A stretch of DNA of 64,000 nucleotides, taken from NCBI GenBank assembly GCA_035510735.1, contig DATKGN010000002.1, forward strand, positions 3,275 to 67,274, written 5' to 3'. The translations under genes were made by a program, and so were the position numbers. Positions 26,321 to 35,636 of this stretch are shown here, one piece after another (within the stretch, counting starts at the first letter, position 1; the number at the start of each line of letters is the position of its first letter). Under the pieces are notes generated by a model. That model saw nothing but the letters and a program-made list of their open reading frames with translations, did not search any database and was not told where the DNA came from. Origin of the DNA: Patescibacteria group bacterium (GTDB taxonomy: Bacteria > Patescibacteriota > Microgenomatia > UBA10105 > UBA927).

Positions 26321-27395
26321 TACGTTTGGTCAATTATTTCGTATCACAACCTTCGGCGAATCCCATGGAGGGGCCGTCGGCGTGGTCGTTGACGGATGTC
26401 CGCCGGGTTTGGAGCTTTCAACCGAAGACGTACAAAAAGAACTGGACCGGAGAAAACCCGGACAAAGCGCCATTACATCACCACGAAAAGAACAGGACGA
26501 AATCCATATTATGTCGGGAGTTCACGACGGCAAAACAACGGGGACGCCGATTATGCTCATGGCATTGAATACCGATGCAAAACCCGAGGATTATCTCACA
26601 CTGAAAGATCTCTATCGGCCGGGTCACGCGGATTTTACATTTGAAAAAAAATTCGGTATCCGTGATTGGAGAGGTTCCGGCCGGGCATCAGCAAGAGAAA
26701 CGCTTGGAAGAGTAGCGGCAGGGGCCATAGCAAAGAAATTCCTTAAGGAAAAATTACATATCGAAATCTTCAGTTTCGTCGAACAGGTTGGTAATATAAA
26801 GACGGGCGTTGATTTTAACACTGTCAGTTTAGCCGAAATAGAATCGAACATCGTCCGTTGTCCAGACCCGAAAGTGGCCAAAAGGATGATTGCACTTATC
26901 GAAAAAGTTAGAGACGAGGGTGATTCCGTCGGTGGTGTTATCCGCGGCGTTATAAAGAACGTACCCGTGGGCTTAGGCGAACCGGTGTTTGATAAGTTAT
27001 CTGCCGATTTAGGAAAAGCAATGCTCTCAATTAACGCCGTCAAAGGTTTTGATATCGGATCGGGATTTGACGGAGTCACGATGCAGGGGAGCAGACATAA
27101 TGACGAATTCGTTACCAATAAGAACGGCACGATACGTACAAAAACAAACAATGCAGGCGGAACATTGGGCGGTATTTCCAACGGCGAGACAATCTATTTC
27201 CGTGTCGGGATGAAACCTGTCTCAACGATACGCAAAAAGCAACGAACGGTAAATGCCCAAGGCAAACCCGTTGACCTTGAGGCGACCGGTCGTCATGATC
27301 CGTGTGTGTTGCCGCGGGCGGTTCCGATCGTAGACGCGATGGCAGCGCTTGTCGTTATGGATCATTATTTACGGCACAAAGCGCAAAACGGATAA
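26310..27395 (+). CDS. aroC: Chorismate synthase
   Basis: Starts MAGNTFGQLFRITTFGESHG, the canonical AroC N-terminus, preceded by SD AAGGAAACGGAGG. The ORF-track start 26259 is an extension overlapping aroE. Confidence 0.9.
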   Translation: MAGNTFGQLFRITTFGESHGGAVGVVVDGCPPGLELSTEDVQKELDRRKPGQSAITSPRKEQDEIHIMSGVHDGKTTGTPIMLMALNTDAKPEDYLTLKDLYRPGHADFTFEKKFGIRDWRGSGRASARETLGRVAAGAIAKKFLKEKLHIEIFSFVEQVGNIKTGVDFNTVSLAEIESNIVRCPDPKVAKRMIALIEKVRDEGDSVGGVIRGVIKNVPVGLGEPVFDKLSADLGKAMLSINAVKGFDIGSGFDGVTMQGSRHNDEFVTNKNGTIRTKTNNAGGTLGGISNGETIYFRVGMKPVSTIRKKQRTVNAQGKPVDLEATGRHDPCVLPRAVPIVDAMAALVVMDHYLRHKAQNG

Positions 27396-27399
27396 TCAT

Positions 27400-27675
27400 A
27401 TGCAAAACGCATCCCTTAACCATTGGCGAGACCAAATCGATAAGCTTGATAATGAGCTTCTGTCTCTATTGGCAAAACGGATGGAGATCGTACAAAAAAT
27501 CGGAAGAATAAAACAATCATCGCATGCCTCCATCCTCGATAAAAAACGCTGGCAACAAGTACTTGAGGGAATCGACGCAAAAGCGAAAAAACTTAAACTT
27601 CCCAAAAAATTCGTTCATGAATTATTTACCCGTATTCACCAGCAAGCTTTGGAGACAGAAAGGAAAGACCTATGA
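27400..27675 (+). CDS. Chorismate mutase (AroQ class, monofunctional)
   Basis: ~91 aa helical protein (DKLDNELLSLLAKRMEIVQKIGRIK) in the aro operon. Start chosen at the ATG just after the aroC stop. Confidence 0.65.
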   Translation: MQNASLNHWRDQIDKLDNELLSLLAKRMEIVQKIGRIKQSSHASILDKKRWQQVLEGIDAKAKKLKLPKKFVHELFTRIHQQALETERKDL

Positions 27676-28823
27676 AAGCGTTTCAACTCTCCAATCGTCT
27701 TAACCAATTTCCGGAATATATTTTTTCTGCACTCAATAAACAAGTTGTTGAGGTAGAAAAAAAATCGGGCCGCAAGGTACTTAATTTAGGCATCGGGTCA
27801 CCCGATTTCCCCCCGAGCCGGATGTACCTCAATAAACTCAAAGAATATATTGATGAGAAGGGGAGTCATTTATATCCGGGCAATGGTGCAATCCCTGAGT
27901 TAGAAGAAGGACTGCAACATTGGTACAACTCGCGGTTTAACGTGACGCTCGCACAAAATGAGCTCTACCCATTATTGGGCAGCAGGGACGGCGTTGCCCA
28001 CTTACCACTGGCCCTCTGCAATAGGGGAGACGAGATAGTGGTTCCCGATCCTGGGTACCCTGCATTTACCGGTCCCGCTCTCATGATCGGCGTTAAACCA
28101 ATATATTACAATCTCGTGGCCGCAAACAATTTCAAAATTAACCTTAAGGAATTGGAAAGGAAAATCACACGAAAAACAAAATACATGTGGGTTAACTTTC
28201 CTTCAAACCCGACGGGGCAGGTTGCCACCATTGAAGAATTGCGAACTCTTGTCGCGTTCGCAAAAAATCACAATATCTGGCTTCTCTACGATAATGCGTA
28301 TGCAGAAATTACGTTTGACGGTTTTGTCGCACCGAGCATTCTTCAAATCGAGGGCGCGAAAGACATCGCGGTCGAAATCGGATCATTTTCCAAAACATTT
28401 TCATTTGCCGGTTTTCGCATGGGCTGGATTGTTGGAAATAGTGAGATTATTGCTGCCTTAGCAAAAATTAAATCTCAGATGGATTCAGGATTGTCTCTAC
28501 CGTTTCAAAAACTGGGCGGATTCGCGCTCACGCATCCGGATCGCGCTTGGCATGCTGAAATGATTGCAGCGTACCAACTCCGACGGGATATCATTATCAA
28601 GGCCCTGAAAACTATTGGTCTTGACGCCAATAAAACTAAGGGAAGCCTGTATCTTTGGGTTAACATACCGGATCGGTTTTCTGACTCGAAACACTACGCA
28701 CAAACGGTGTTGAGAGAAAAACAAATACTCCTGACTTCCGGAACGGCATTCGGAAAAAACGGAACAAGATATGTTCGTGTGAGTGTTTGCGCTAATATAG
28801 ATTCAATTGCCGAATATTTATAA
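27672..28823 (+). CDS. Class I PLP-dependent aminotransferase (probably aromatic/prephenate aminotransferase)
   Basis: NPTGQV motif, PLP-lysine region SFSKTFSFAGFRMGW and operon context. Confidence 0.8.
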   Translation: MKAFQLSNRLNQFPEYIFSALNKQVVEVEKKSGRKVLNLGIGSPDFPPSRMYLNKLKEYIDEKGSHLYPGNGAIPELEEGLQHWYNSRFNVTLAQNELYPLLGSRDGVAHLPLALCNRGDEIVVPDPGYPAFTGPALMIGVKPIYYNLVAANNFKINLKELERKITRKTKYMWVNFPSNPTGQVATIEELRTLVAFAKNHNIWLLYDNAYAEITFDGFVAPSILQIEGAKDIAVEIGSFSKTFSFAGFRMGWIVGNSEIIAALAKIKSQMDSGLSLPFQKLGGFALTHPDRAWHAEMIAAYQLRRDIIIKALKTIGLDANKTKGSLYLWVNIPDRFSDSKHYAQTVLREKQILLTSGTAFGKNGTRYVRVSVCANIDSIAEYL

Positions 28824-28841
28824 TACGATACACACCTTGTC

Positions 28842-28867
28842 ATCCTCGGGCCGAAGGACCCGAGGAT
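28842..28867 (+). other. Perfect hairpin ATCCTCGGG-ccgaagga-CCCGAGGAT, no U-tract
   Basis: 9-bp perfect stem located 19 nt after the aminotransferase stop. Confidence 0.45.
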
Positions 28868-28888
28868 CAAGGCTAAATGAAAAAATGG

Positions 28889-28908
28889 ATTCCCGCCTTC
28901 GCGGGAAT
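28889..28908 (+). other. Perfect hairpin ATTCCCGC-cttc-GCGGGAAT, no U-tract
   Basis: 8-bp perfect stem, 18 nt upstream of the tyrA-pheA fusion gene. Confidence 0.45.
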
Positions 28909-28925
28909 GACAAATACAAAATTAT

Positions 28926-30257
28926 ATGAAAAAAATAAGTATTGTCGGTTTCGGAAGATTCGGAAAAGTCTTATATCGTTTAGTAAAGGACGATTTCGTT
29001 GTCACGGTCTATACCAGAAAACCAATTAATTCAGGAACGGAAATATCACCTAATACAGTATTAACCAATTCCATACAAGATATTTACAAAAGCGATGTCA
29101 TATTTTTCGCTGTTCCGATTGATGCATTTGAAAGCGTCATAAAAGCGCATAAAAAATACTTTATACCGGGACACCTTCTTATTGATGTGTTGTCGGTAAA
29201 GCTGCATCCGCGAAGCGTATTTGAGAAACACCTCAAAGGCAGTAAAACACAGGTTCTGTTAACGCACCCTATGTTCGGGCCTGACAGCAGCCGTAATGGC
29301 TTTGATGGCTTACCCATTATCATGGACCGGTTCAAAGCGGATGAAACGAACTATGTTTTCTGGAAGAATTACTTCACCAATAAACATCTGCATGTTATTG
29401 AGATGTCAGCGCGGGATCATGACAGGCTTGCGGCAAATTCCCAGGGGTTGACGCATTTCGTCGGGCGCTTATTGGATTCCTATGGCCTACGACCGACTCA
29501 AATTGACTCATTAGGTACAAAAAAATTATTGGAAGTCATTGACCAAACGTGTAATGACTCGTGGCAGTTATTTACGAATTTGCAGCATTTTAATCCCTAC
29601 ACCAAACGGATGCGGATGGAACTTGGCGATACGTATGACCGGCTATACAATAAATTATTGCCGAAGCAGCATAATCCGCATTACATAACGTTCGGCATCC
29701 AGGGCGGAAAAGGAAGCTTTAATGAACAGGCGATACACGATTACGTAGAAAAAGAAGAGATTAAGCACTATAGAATCAAATATCTATACACGACAGCCGC
29801 GGTGATGCGTGCGCTCCACACTGGAGAAATCGATTTCGGACAATTCGCTATCCATAATTCGGTGGGTGGGATTGTGGGTGAATCGATTAACGCGATGGCG
29901 GACTACAGATTTACAATCGTAAAAGAGTTCGCTATCAAAATTTCGCATGCACTTATGATCCGGAAGGACGCCACATTAGAGGACGCGACGACAATTATGA
30001 CCCATCCGCAGGTTCTCGCGCAGTGCAAAGCAACGCTTGCCCGAAAGTATCCGCAATTGGCGCAAACGTCAGGGACGGGAATCCTATTGGATCATGCTGT
30101 GGTTGCAAGGCAATTGGGTTGCGGTAAACTACCGAAAGAAATTGCGACCATGGGGAGCAGAATCCTCGCTACGCTTTATGGTTTGAAAATTGTCGAGGTC
30201 AATCTGGAGGACGCCAAGGAAAACTTTACGATCTTTCTCATTGTCACACGCACATAA
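28926..30257 (+). CDS. Fusion protein: prephenate dehydrogenase (TyrA, N-terminal) - prephenate dehydratase (PheA, C-terminal)
   Basis: The N-terminus MKKISIVGFGRFGKV is a Rossmann NAD-binding fold typical of TyrA. From ~residue 255, ITFGIQGGKGSFNEQA...TRFLIV-like begins a PDT domain. Confidence 0.7.
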   Translation: MKKISIVGFGRFGKVLYRLVKDDFVVTVYTRKPINSGTEISPNTVLTNSIQDIYKSDVIFFAVPIDAFESVIKAHKKYFIPGHLLIDVLSVKLHPRSVFEKHLKGSKTQVLLTHPMFGPDSSRNGFDGLPIIMDRFKADETNYVFWKNYFTNKHLHVIEMSARDHDRLAANSQGLTHFVGRLLDSYGLRPTQIDSLGTKKLLEVIDQTCNDSWQLFTNLQHFNPYTKRMRMELGDTYDRLYNKLLPKQHNPHYITFGIQGGKGSFNEQAIHDYVEKEEIKHYRIKYLYTTAAVMRALHTGEIDFGQFAIHNSVGGIVGESINAMADYRFTIVKEFAIKISHALMIRKDATLEDATTIMTHPQVLAQCKATLARKYPQLAQTSGTGILLDHAVVARQLGCGKLPKEIATMGSRILATLYGLKIVEVNLEDAKENFTIFLIVTRT

Positions 30258-30269
30258 TCCAACCATTTT

Positions 30270-30295
30270 GTTATCATGTACCGTTACATGATAGC
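30270..30295 (+). promoter_or_regulatory. 26-bp palindrome GTTATCATGT-ACCGTT-ACATGATAGC (copy 3) upstream of tyrS
   Basis: Same arms as copies 1 and 2; sits 63 nt upstream of the tyrS ATG, overlapping a -35/-10-like pair. Confidence 0.5.
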
Positions 30296-30357
30296 AAAGA
30301 TAAAAAAAGGAAATTACTGAGAAAATGCGAAAAACATGATATAGTAAAGAAGCTCAT

Positions 30358-31572
30358 ATGGATCAAATAGAACAATTATTAACCCGCGGGGTGGACAGTA
30401 TTTATCCCTCCAAAGAGGCACTTGAAAAAGTGCTTCGGTCAGGGAAAAAATTAACGCTGTATCAGGGTTTTGATCCAACGGGAACACAGCTCCATATCGG
30501 ACACGCAGTCGGATTCCGGAAACTCCGTCAGTGGCAGGATCTTGGACACCATGTGATTTTCCTTATCGGAGACGGCACGGGGCTTGCCGGCGATCCGTCG
30601 GGAAAAATGAAAGCCCGCGGCCGCTTCATGAGCCGGCAGGAACTCAGAGATAACGCGGTCTCCTATCTTAAGCAGGCCTCTAAAATCGTACGTTTTGAGG
30701 GGGAAAATCCTATTGAAATCCGATATAACGGCGACTGGCTAACGAAATTAAAATTAGAAGATATCCTTAACATCGCTCAAAATTTCACGGTGCAGCAGAT
30801 GATCGAACGGGATATGTATCAAACCCGAATAAAAGCAGGCGATCCGATAAATTTGCGTGAATTTTTATACCCAATTTTGCAGGGATATGATTCCGTAGTT
30901 ATGAAAGTAGATCTAGAACAGGGTGGAACTGATCAGACCTTTAATATGCTCGCAGGCCGAACGTTAGTAAAAGCGATGCTCGGAAAGGAAAAATTTGTGA
31001 TGACCGTGCCGCTTCTTGCCGATTCCAAGGGTGTGAAAATTGGAAAGACAGAAGGAAACGTCATTGGCTTGACCGACGCGCCGAACGATTTATACGCAAA
31101 AATCATGTCTTTAAGCGATGACGCGATCGTCCCGTGCTTTAAATTTCTGACCGATTTGCCAATGGAAGAAATTGAATCAATGAAACAAGAAATGAAGAAC
31201 GGAATAAACCCAATGAATTTCAAAAAGAAGCTCGCATTTGAACTTACAAAATATCTACATGCCGAAAAGGAAGCACAAGAAGCTCAGGAGCAATTCGTAC
31301 AAACTTTTCAGAAAAAAGATTTATCAAAAGTCCACATCGAGGAAACTCCGATTGCCGTAGTCCCTAACGCTAATAATGTTAACATTGTTGACTTAGTGTC
31401 TCTCGGCGATTTAAGATTAGCGTCAAGTAGATCAGAGGCTAAACGCCAAATAATTGGGGGCGCAGTAGAAATTAATGGTAAAAAAATCTTAGATACAAAT
31501 GCTATAATAAAACTTAATCCTGGAGATATTATTAAGGTTGGCAAGGTAAGATTCAAGAAATTTATTAAATAG
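30358..31572 (+). CDS. tyrS: Tyrosyl-tRNA synthetase
   Basis: HIGH motif (HIGHAVG), KMSKS-like KIGKTEG and a C-terminal S4-like domain. Confidence 0.9.
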   Translation: MDQIEQLLTRGVDSIYPSKEALEKVLRSGKKLTLYQGFDPTGTQLHIGHAVGFRKLRQWQDLGHHVIFLIGDGTGLAGDPSGKMKARGRFMSRQELRDNAVSYLKQASKIVRFEGENPIEIRYNGDWLTKLKLEDILNIAQNFTVQQMIERDMYQTRIKAGDPINLREFLYPILQGYDSVVMKVDLEQGGTDQTFNMLAGRTLVKAMLGKEKFVMTVPLLADSKGVKIGKTEGNVIGLTDAPNDLYAKIMSLSDDAIVPCFKFLTDLPMEEIESMKQEMKNGINPMNFKKKLAFELTKYLHAEKEAQEAQEQFVQTFQKKDLSKVHIEETPIAVVPNANNVNIVDLVSLGDLRLASSRSEAKRQIIGGAVEINGKKILDTNAIIKLNPGDIIKVGKVRFKKFIK

Positions 31573-31573
31573 T

Positions 31574-31678
31574 ATGAACTTTTTTAGGAAACATGAAAAA
31601 TTCTGGAAAATAATTGTCGTTATCGCGTCGGTTGCATTAATAGCAAGTTCTTTCCTACCACTTCTTTCACTTCGGTAA
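31574..31678 (+). CDS. Possible 34-aa single-TM micro-protein MNFFRKHEKFWKIIVVIASVALIASSFLPLLSLR
   Basis: ATG 1 nt after the tyrS stop codon, with one hydrophobic helix. Too short for the ORF track and may be spurious. Confidence 0.25.
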   Translation: MNFFRKHEKFWKIIVVIASVALIASSFLPLLSLR

Positions 31679-31713
31679 GCTCAGCGTAAACCCCTCGATA
31701 ATTTCGGGCGTAC

Positions 31714-33813
31714 GTGTATAATCGGGTCATGGAACTGTCCCTGGAAACCTCAATTCGATACCTGCCTCATGTCGGCCCCGTCATGGCTTCACGGCTCACG
31801 AAATTAGGTATTGAAACGGTCGAACAACTTCTCTTTCACATCCCATTCCGCTACGATGATTTCTCGCTTGTTTCAACGATCGGGGAGGTGCAACCGGGGG
31901 AAACGGTGACAGTGAAAGGAACGGTCGAAAAATTCAGTGCTTTTTTTACTAAAACCGGCAAGAAAATACAGGAAGCGCGGGTCGCAGATGACACGGGGAA
32001 ACTATCGGTTGTCTGGTTCAACCAGCCCTATCTCCGGAGTGTCATTCGAGAAGGGCTAACGGTACGACTTTCAGGCAACATCACGTGGTTCGGGCATAAA
32101 CTGGTCATGAATTCACCGCAATATGAAATCGTAACTGATGAGGGAGCATCGTCGCTTCACACCGGACGGCTTGTCCCCGTATACCCGGAAACGGAGGGAG
32201 TTTCATCCAAATGGCTCCGAGGGCGGATTGCATTTATTCTAGAAAGTATCGCAAAAGATGTCGTGGATTACATGCCGAAGGAAATTCTTGCAAACGAGCA
32301 TTTTATGCCACTCAAAAACGCTATTGAGACCATCCATTTCCCGCAATCTCTTGAAAAAGCCGGAGAAGCGCGTGATCGGCTTGCCTTTGACGAAATGTTA
32401 ACGCTCCAGGTACGCGCGTACGAACAGAAGTACGAGAGGTTGAAGCACGAACGGGCGCACTCATTTTCCATTCCGAAAAAAGAAATAGCTGCACTTATTT
32501 CCTCTCTCCCATTTAGGCTTACCGATGATCAGGATAATGCACTTGCCGATATTTTCTCGGATTTAGAGCACACATATCCTATGAACCGATTGCTTGAGGG
32601 AGACGTCGGATCAGGAAAAACAGTCGTTGCAGCAATCGCAATGTACGTGGCGTTTAAAAACGGTTTCCAGTCTGTTCTCATGGCCCCAACACAGATTCTC
32701 GCACAGCAGCATTTTAAAACTATTTCGGCCCTTCTTCACCCTCTATCCATCCGTGTCGACTTAGTTACCGGAGACGTTAAAACACTGCCGCAGGCGCATC
32801 CGAAAAATCAGACGACGATTACGGGAGACACTCAAACAGCTCCGTCGGTGATTATCGGAACGCATGCACTTCTTACGGATTCGCTCATGATCGACAACCT
32901 GGGTCTCGTCGTCATTGATGAACAGCACCGTTTTGGTGTCACACAACGGGCGACCCTCATGAAAAAAAGTGAAACTGGTAAAATTCCGCACCTTCTCACG
33001 ATGACGGCAACGCCGATCCCGCGGACGATAGCAAAAACAATTCTGGGTCATTTGGATCTTTCGGCACTCAATATGATGCCGCAAGGGCGTCAAAAAATAA
33101 AAACGTGGGTCGTTCCAAATGAAAAAAGAAAATCAGCCTATGCATGGATAACGAAACAAATTAAGGAAACCGGCGGCCAGGTATTTGTCATTTGTCCACT
33201 TATCGAAGAGTCGGAAAGCCTCACAACGGTTAAAGCGGTCACAAAGGAATTTGAACACCTTAAAAAGGTTTTCCCGAAACTGTCCCTTGGATTACTCCAT
33301 GGCAGGATGAAACCCGCTCAAAAAACGAACGTTCTTGAGGATTTCCGGAAGAAAAAACTTGAGATACTTGTTGCTACTCCCGTTGTTGAAGTAGGTATTG
33401 ATATCCCAAACGCCACGATCATGCTCATTGAAGCCGCAGACCGTTTTGGCTTGGGACAGCTGCATCAGATGCGGGGGCGGGTAGGCCGCGGATCGCTTGC
33501 CTCCTACTGCTTACTGTTTACGGAATCAGACGATGAGAAGACCCGCGAACGCCTGAAAGCTCTTGAAACGGTACACAGCGGTCCGGAGCTTGCGGAAATT
33601 GATCTTACCCTCCGAGGTGCGGGTGAGCTACTGGGAACCAGACAGCACGGCATTCCCAGTCTTAAAATCGCCTCATTCACGGACACGAAGACTATTACAA
33701 AAACGCAACATGCTATGGCAACGCTGACCGCCATTGATCCGAGCCTTAAAGCGTTTGGCCCCTTGAGACAACACGCAAAACAGGGTATAATAAAACCTAT
33801 TACGCAGGATTAA
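31714..33813 (+). CDS. recG: ATP-dependent DNA helicase RecG
   Basis: N-terminal wedge/OB domain, Walker A DVGSGKTVVAA, DEQH box (VIDEQHRFG) and a C-terminal helicase domain. ATG lies 12 nt after a TATAAT box. Confidence 0.9.
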   Translation: MYNRVMELSLETSIRYLPHVGPVMASRLTKLGIETVEQLLFHIPFRYDDFSLVSTIGEVQPGETVTVKGTVEKFSAFFTKTGKKIQEARVADDTGKLSVVWFNQPYLRSVIREGLTVRLSGNITWFGHKLVMNSPQYEIVTDEGASSLHTGRLVPVYPETEGVSSKWLRGRIAFILESIAKDVVDYMPKEILANEHFMPLKNAIETIHFPQSLEKAGEARDRLAFDEMLTLQVRAYEQKYERLKHERAHSFSIPKKEIAALISSLPFRLTDDQDNALADIFSDLEHTYPMNRLLEGDVGSGKTVVAAIAMYVAFKNGFQSVLMAPTQILAQQHFKTISALLHPLSIRVDLVTGDVKTLPQAHPKNQTTITGDTQTAPSVIIGTHALLTDSLMIDNLGLVVIDEQHRFGVTQRATLMKKSETGKIPHLLTMTATPIPRTIAKTILGHLDLSALNMMPQGRQKIKTWVVPNEKRKSAYAWITKQIKETGGQVFVICPLIEESESLTTVKAVTKEFEHLKKVFPKLSLGLLHGRMKPAQKTNVLEDFRKKKLEILVATPVVEVGIDIPNATIMLIEAADRFGLGQLHQMRGRVGRGSLASYCLLFTESDDEKTRERLKALETVHSGPELAEIDLTLRGAGELLGTRQHGIPSLKIASFTDTKTITKTQHAMATLTAIDPSLKAFGPLRQHAKQGIIKPITQD

Positions 33814-33826
33814 TCGGGATTACTAT

Positions 33827-34027
33827 ATGGCTCCATTACCAAAACGAAGACATAGCACACGGCGAGGCGGCAAAAGAAAAGCTGCTATTAAATTAACGCT
33901 CCTTGGGCTCACCAAGTGCAGTAATTGCGGCGTTCTAAGGCCCGCTCACCAGGTCTGTCCGTCGTGTGGCTATTACAACGGGAAGGAAGTAGTGAAGCAA
34001 AAAGTAAAGAAAGAAAAGAAGTCATAG
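33827..34027 (+). CDS. rpmF: 50S ribosomal protein L32
   Basis: Short basic protein with the bL32 zinc motif CSNCG...CPSCGYYNGK. Confidence 0.75.
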   Translation: MAPLPKRRHSTRRGGKRKAAIKLTLLGLTKCSNCGVLRPAHQVCPSCGYYNGKEVVKQKVKKEKKS

Positions 34028-34067
34028 AGTTAAGAATTAGGAATTAAACCGACTCTGACGGTCTTAA

Positions 34068-34445
34068 TTGATAATTCGTAATTCTTCACAAATGAAGACA
34101 GCAAACGATCCCCGACACCAAAAACGAATTGACCGCATGCAGAAACTCTTCGCCTACAGTTTCAGAGAGGAACTGGTAGACCGCGATATATCAGATATAG
34201 TAAAAGTACTGCCTACAGTCGACGCGAAAATCCAAAAAGCGGCGCCCGAATGGCCTTTGCCAAAAATCGCCCACATCGATCTAGCGATCCTCCGACTCGC
34301 CGTCTATGAACTCACGACAACGAAAAGTGAGCCTCCAAAAGTCGTAATTGATGAGGCGGTAGAGCTTGCAAAATCATACGGGAATGAAAACAGCGCCAAG
34401 TTCGTGAACGGTGTGTTGGGAACAATTCTCAAGGAGGAAGCATGA
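34068..34445 (+). CDS. nusB: Transcription antitermination factor NusB
   Basis: All-helical ~125 aa protein; LAILRLAVYEL and IDEAVELAKSYG are NusB family motifs. Confidence 0.85.
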   Translation: MIIRNSSQMKTANDPRHQKRIDRMQKLFAYSFREELVDRDISDIVKVLPTVDAKIQKAAPEWPLPKIAHIDLAILRLAVYELTTTKSEPPKVVIDEAVELAKSYGNENSAKFVNGVLGTILKEEA

Positions 34446-35128
34446 CACTTACGGATCTTTCCTCAACCATTAAAATCAATTTCCATAACGATGAACTTCT
34501 CAAACGTGCGTTTATTCACCGTTCGTACCTCAACGAGGCAAAACATCTGCAGTCATCAAATGAACGCTTGGAATTTTTAGGCGACTCCGTATTGTCGTTT
34601 TTGACATCCCATTTTCTCTATGAGCGCTACCCGGATTTTCCCGAGGGGACGCTGACCAATATCAGATCAAGCCTTGTGAAAACTCAGAGTTTGGCCGAAG
34701 TCGCCAAAAAACTGGATCTTGGGAATCTTCTCCAGTTAAGTCATGGAGAGGAAGCCTCAGGAGGCCGTCAGAATTCCTCACTTCTTGCCGATGCATTTGA
34801 GGCGCTGTTGGGGGCAATTTTCCTTGACCAGGGTGTCGAGACGGCCCGCACGTTTCTCGCGACCTATCTTTTCCCGAACGCACAGGATATTGTTGATAAT
34901 AAATCCTATATCGACTATAAAAGTCTGCTTCAGGAGATTATCCAGAAAGAATCGCGGGTGTCTCCGACGTACCAGGTCGTCAAAAGCGAAGGACCCGACC
35001 ACGCTAAAACGTTCTGGGTAGAAGCAACAACGGGGAGTACGGTCCTCGGGAACGGGTCCGGTAAGTCAAAACAGGAAGCCGAACAGATGGCAGCGGCTTC
35101 GGCGCTTGAGAAGATCGGCAAAACATGA
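34442..35128 (+). CDS. rnc: Ribonuclease III
   Basis: RNase III signature ERLEFLGDSVL and a C-terminal dsRBD. Confidence 0.9.
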   Translation: MTLTDLSSTIKINFHNDELLKRAFIHRSYLNEAKHLQSSNERLEFLGDSVLSFLTSHFLYERYPDFPEGTLTNIRSSLVKTQSLAEVAKKLDLGNLLQLSHGEEASGGRQNSSLLADAFEALLGAIFLDQGVETARTFLATYLFPNAQDIVDNKSYIDYKSLLQEIIQKESRVSPTYQVVKSEGPDHAKTFWVEATTGSTVLGNGSGKSKQEAEQMAAASALEKIGKT

Positions 35129-35143
35129 TATTATATAGCCTCA

Positions 35144-35368
35144 ATGCTTAAAATCAGACTCGCACAAACAGGCACAACAAACCGCAAAACCTACAGAATC
35201 GTCGCGATCGAGGAGGGGAAGCGCCGTGACGGAAAACAGGTTGAAATTCTCGGATTTTATAATCCACTGGTGAAACCACCGCAGATTCAGATAAAAAAGG
35301 ACCGTGTTGACTATTGGGTAAAAAACGGCGCACAGATTACTGACGCTGTTCAAAAACTCTTGTCATAA
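35144..35368 (+). CDS. rpsP: 30S ribosomal protein S16
   Basis: MLKIRLAQTGTTNRKTYRIVA... is a canonical bS16 sequence. Confidence 0.9.
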   Translation: MLKIRLAQTGTTNRKTYRIVAIEEGKRRDGKQVEILGFYNPLVKPPQIQIKKDRVDYWVKNGAQITDAVQKLLS

Positions 35369-35371
35369 TTC

Positions 35372-35623
35372 ATGAAAGATACCTTACTTTTTCTCCTTCA
35401 AAAAATCGTCGATCACCCTGATGACATCGTTATCGATGAAAGTCATGAAGATACACGGATGCTTCTGACTATTCACGCGAATCAGGAGGATATCGGTAAG
35501 ATCATCGGAAAAAACGGCAGAATCATAAAGGCCCTCCGTGATCTACTCAAACTGATGGCTACGAAGGAAAACGTCTACGTCGATCTTGTGCTTGCTGAAG
35601 AAGTAACAGAGGAACAGTCCTAA
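35372..35623 (+). CDS. KH-domain RNA-binding protein (YlqC/UPF0109 family)
   Basis: GKIIGKNGRIIKALRDLL is a KH GXXG motif. Conserved position between rpsP and trmD. Confidence 0.7.
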   Translation: MKDTLLFLLQKIVDHPDDIVIDESHEDTRMLLTIHANQEDIGKIIGKNGRIIKALRDLLKLMATKENVYVDLVLAEEVTEEQS

Positions 35624-35636
35624 ATCATCTCCCGAT

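Noticed and set aside
26624-27181. 185-aa minus-strand ORF inside aroC
   Set aside because: It is antisense to chorismate synthase and has no start context or family resemblance.
34028-34067. Inverted repeat AATTAAACCG...CGGTCTTAATT between rpmF and nusB as a terminator
   Set aside because: The stem is imperfect, no U-tract follows, and nusB follows immediately in the same operon; it is more likely incidental.
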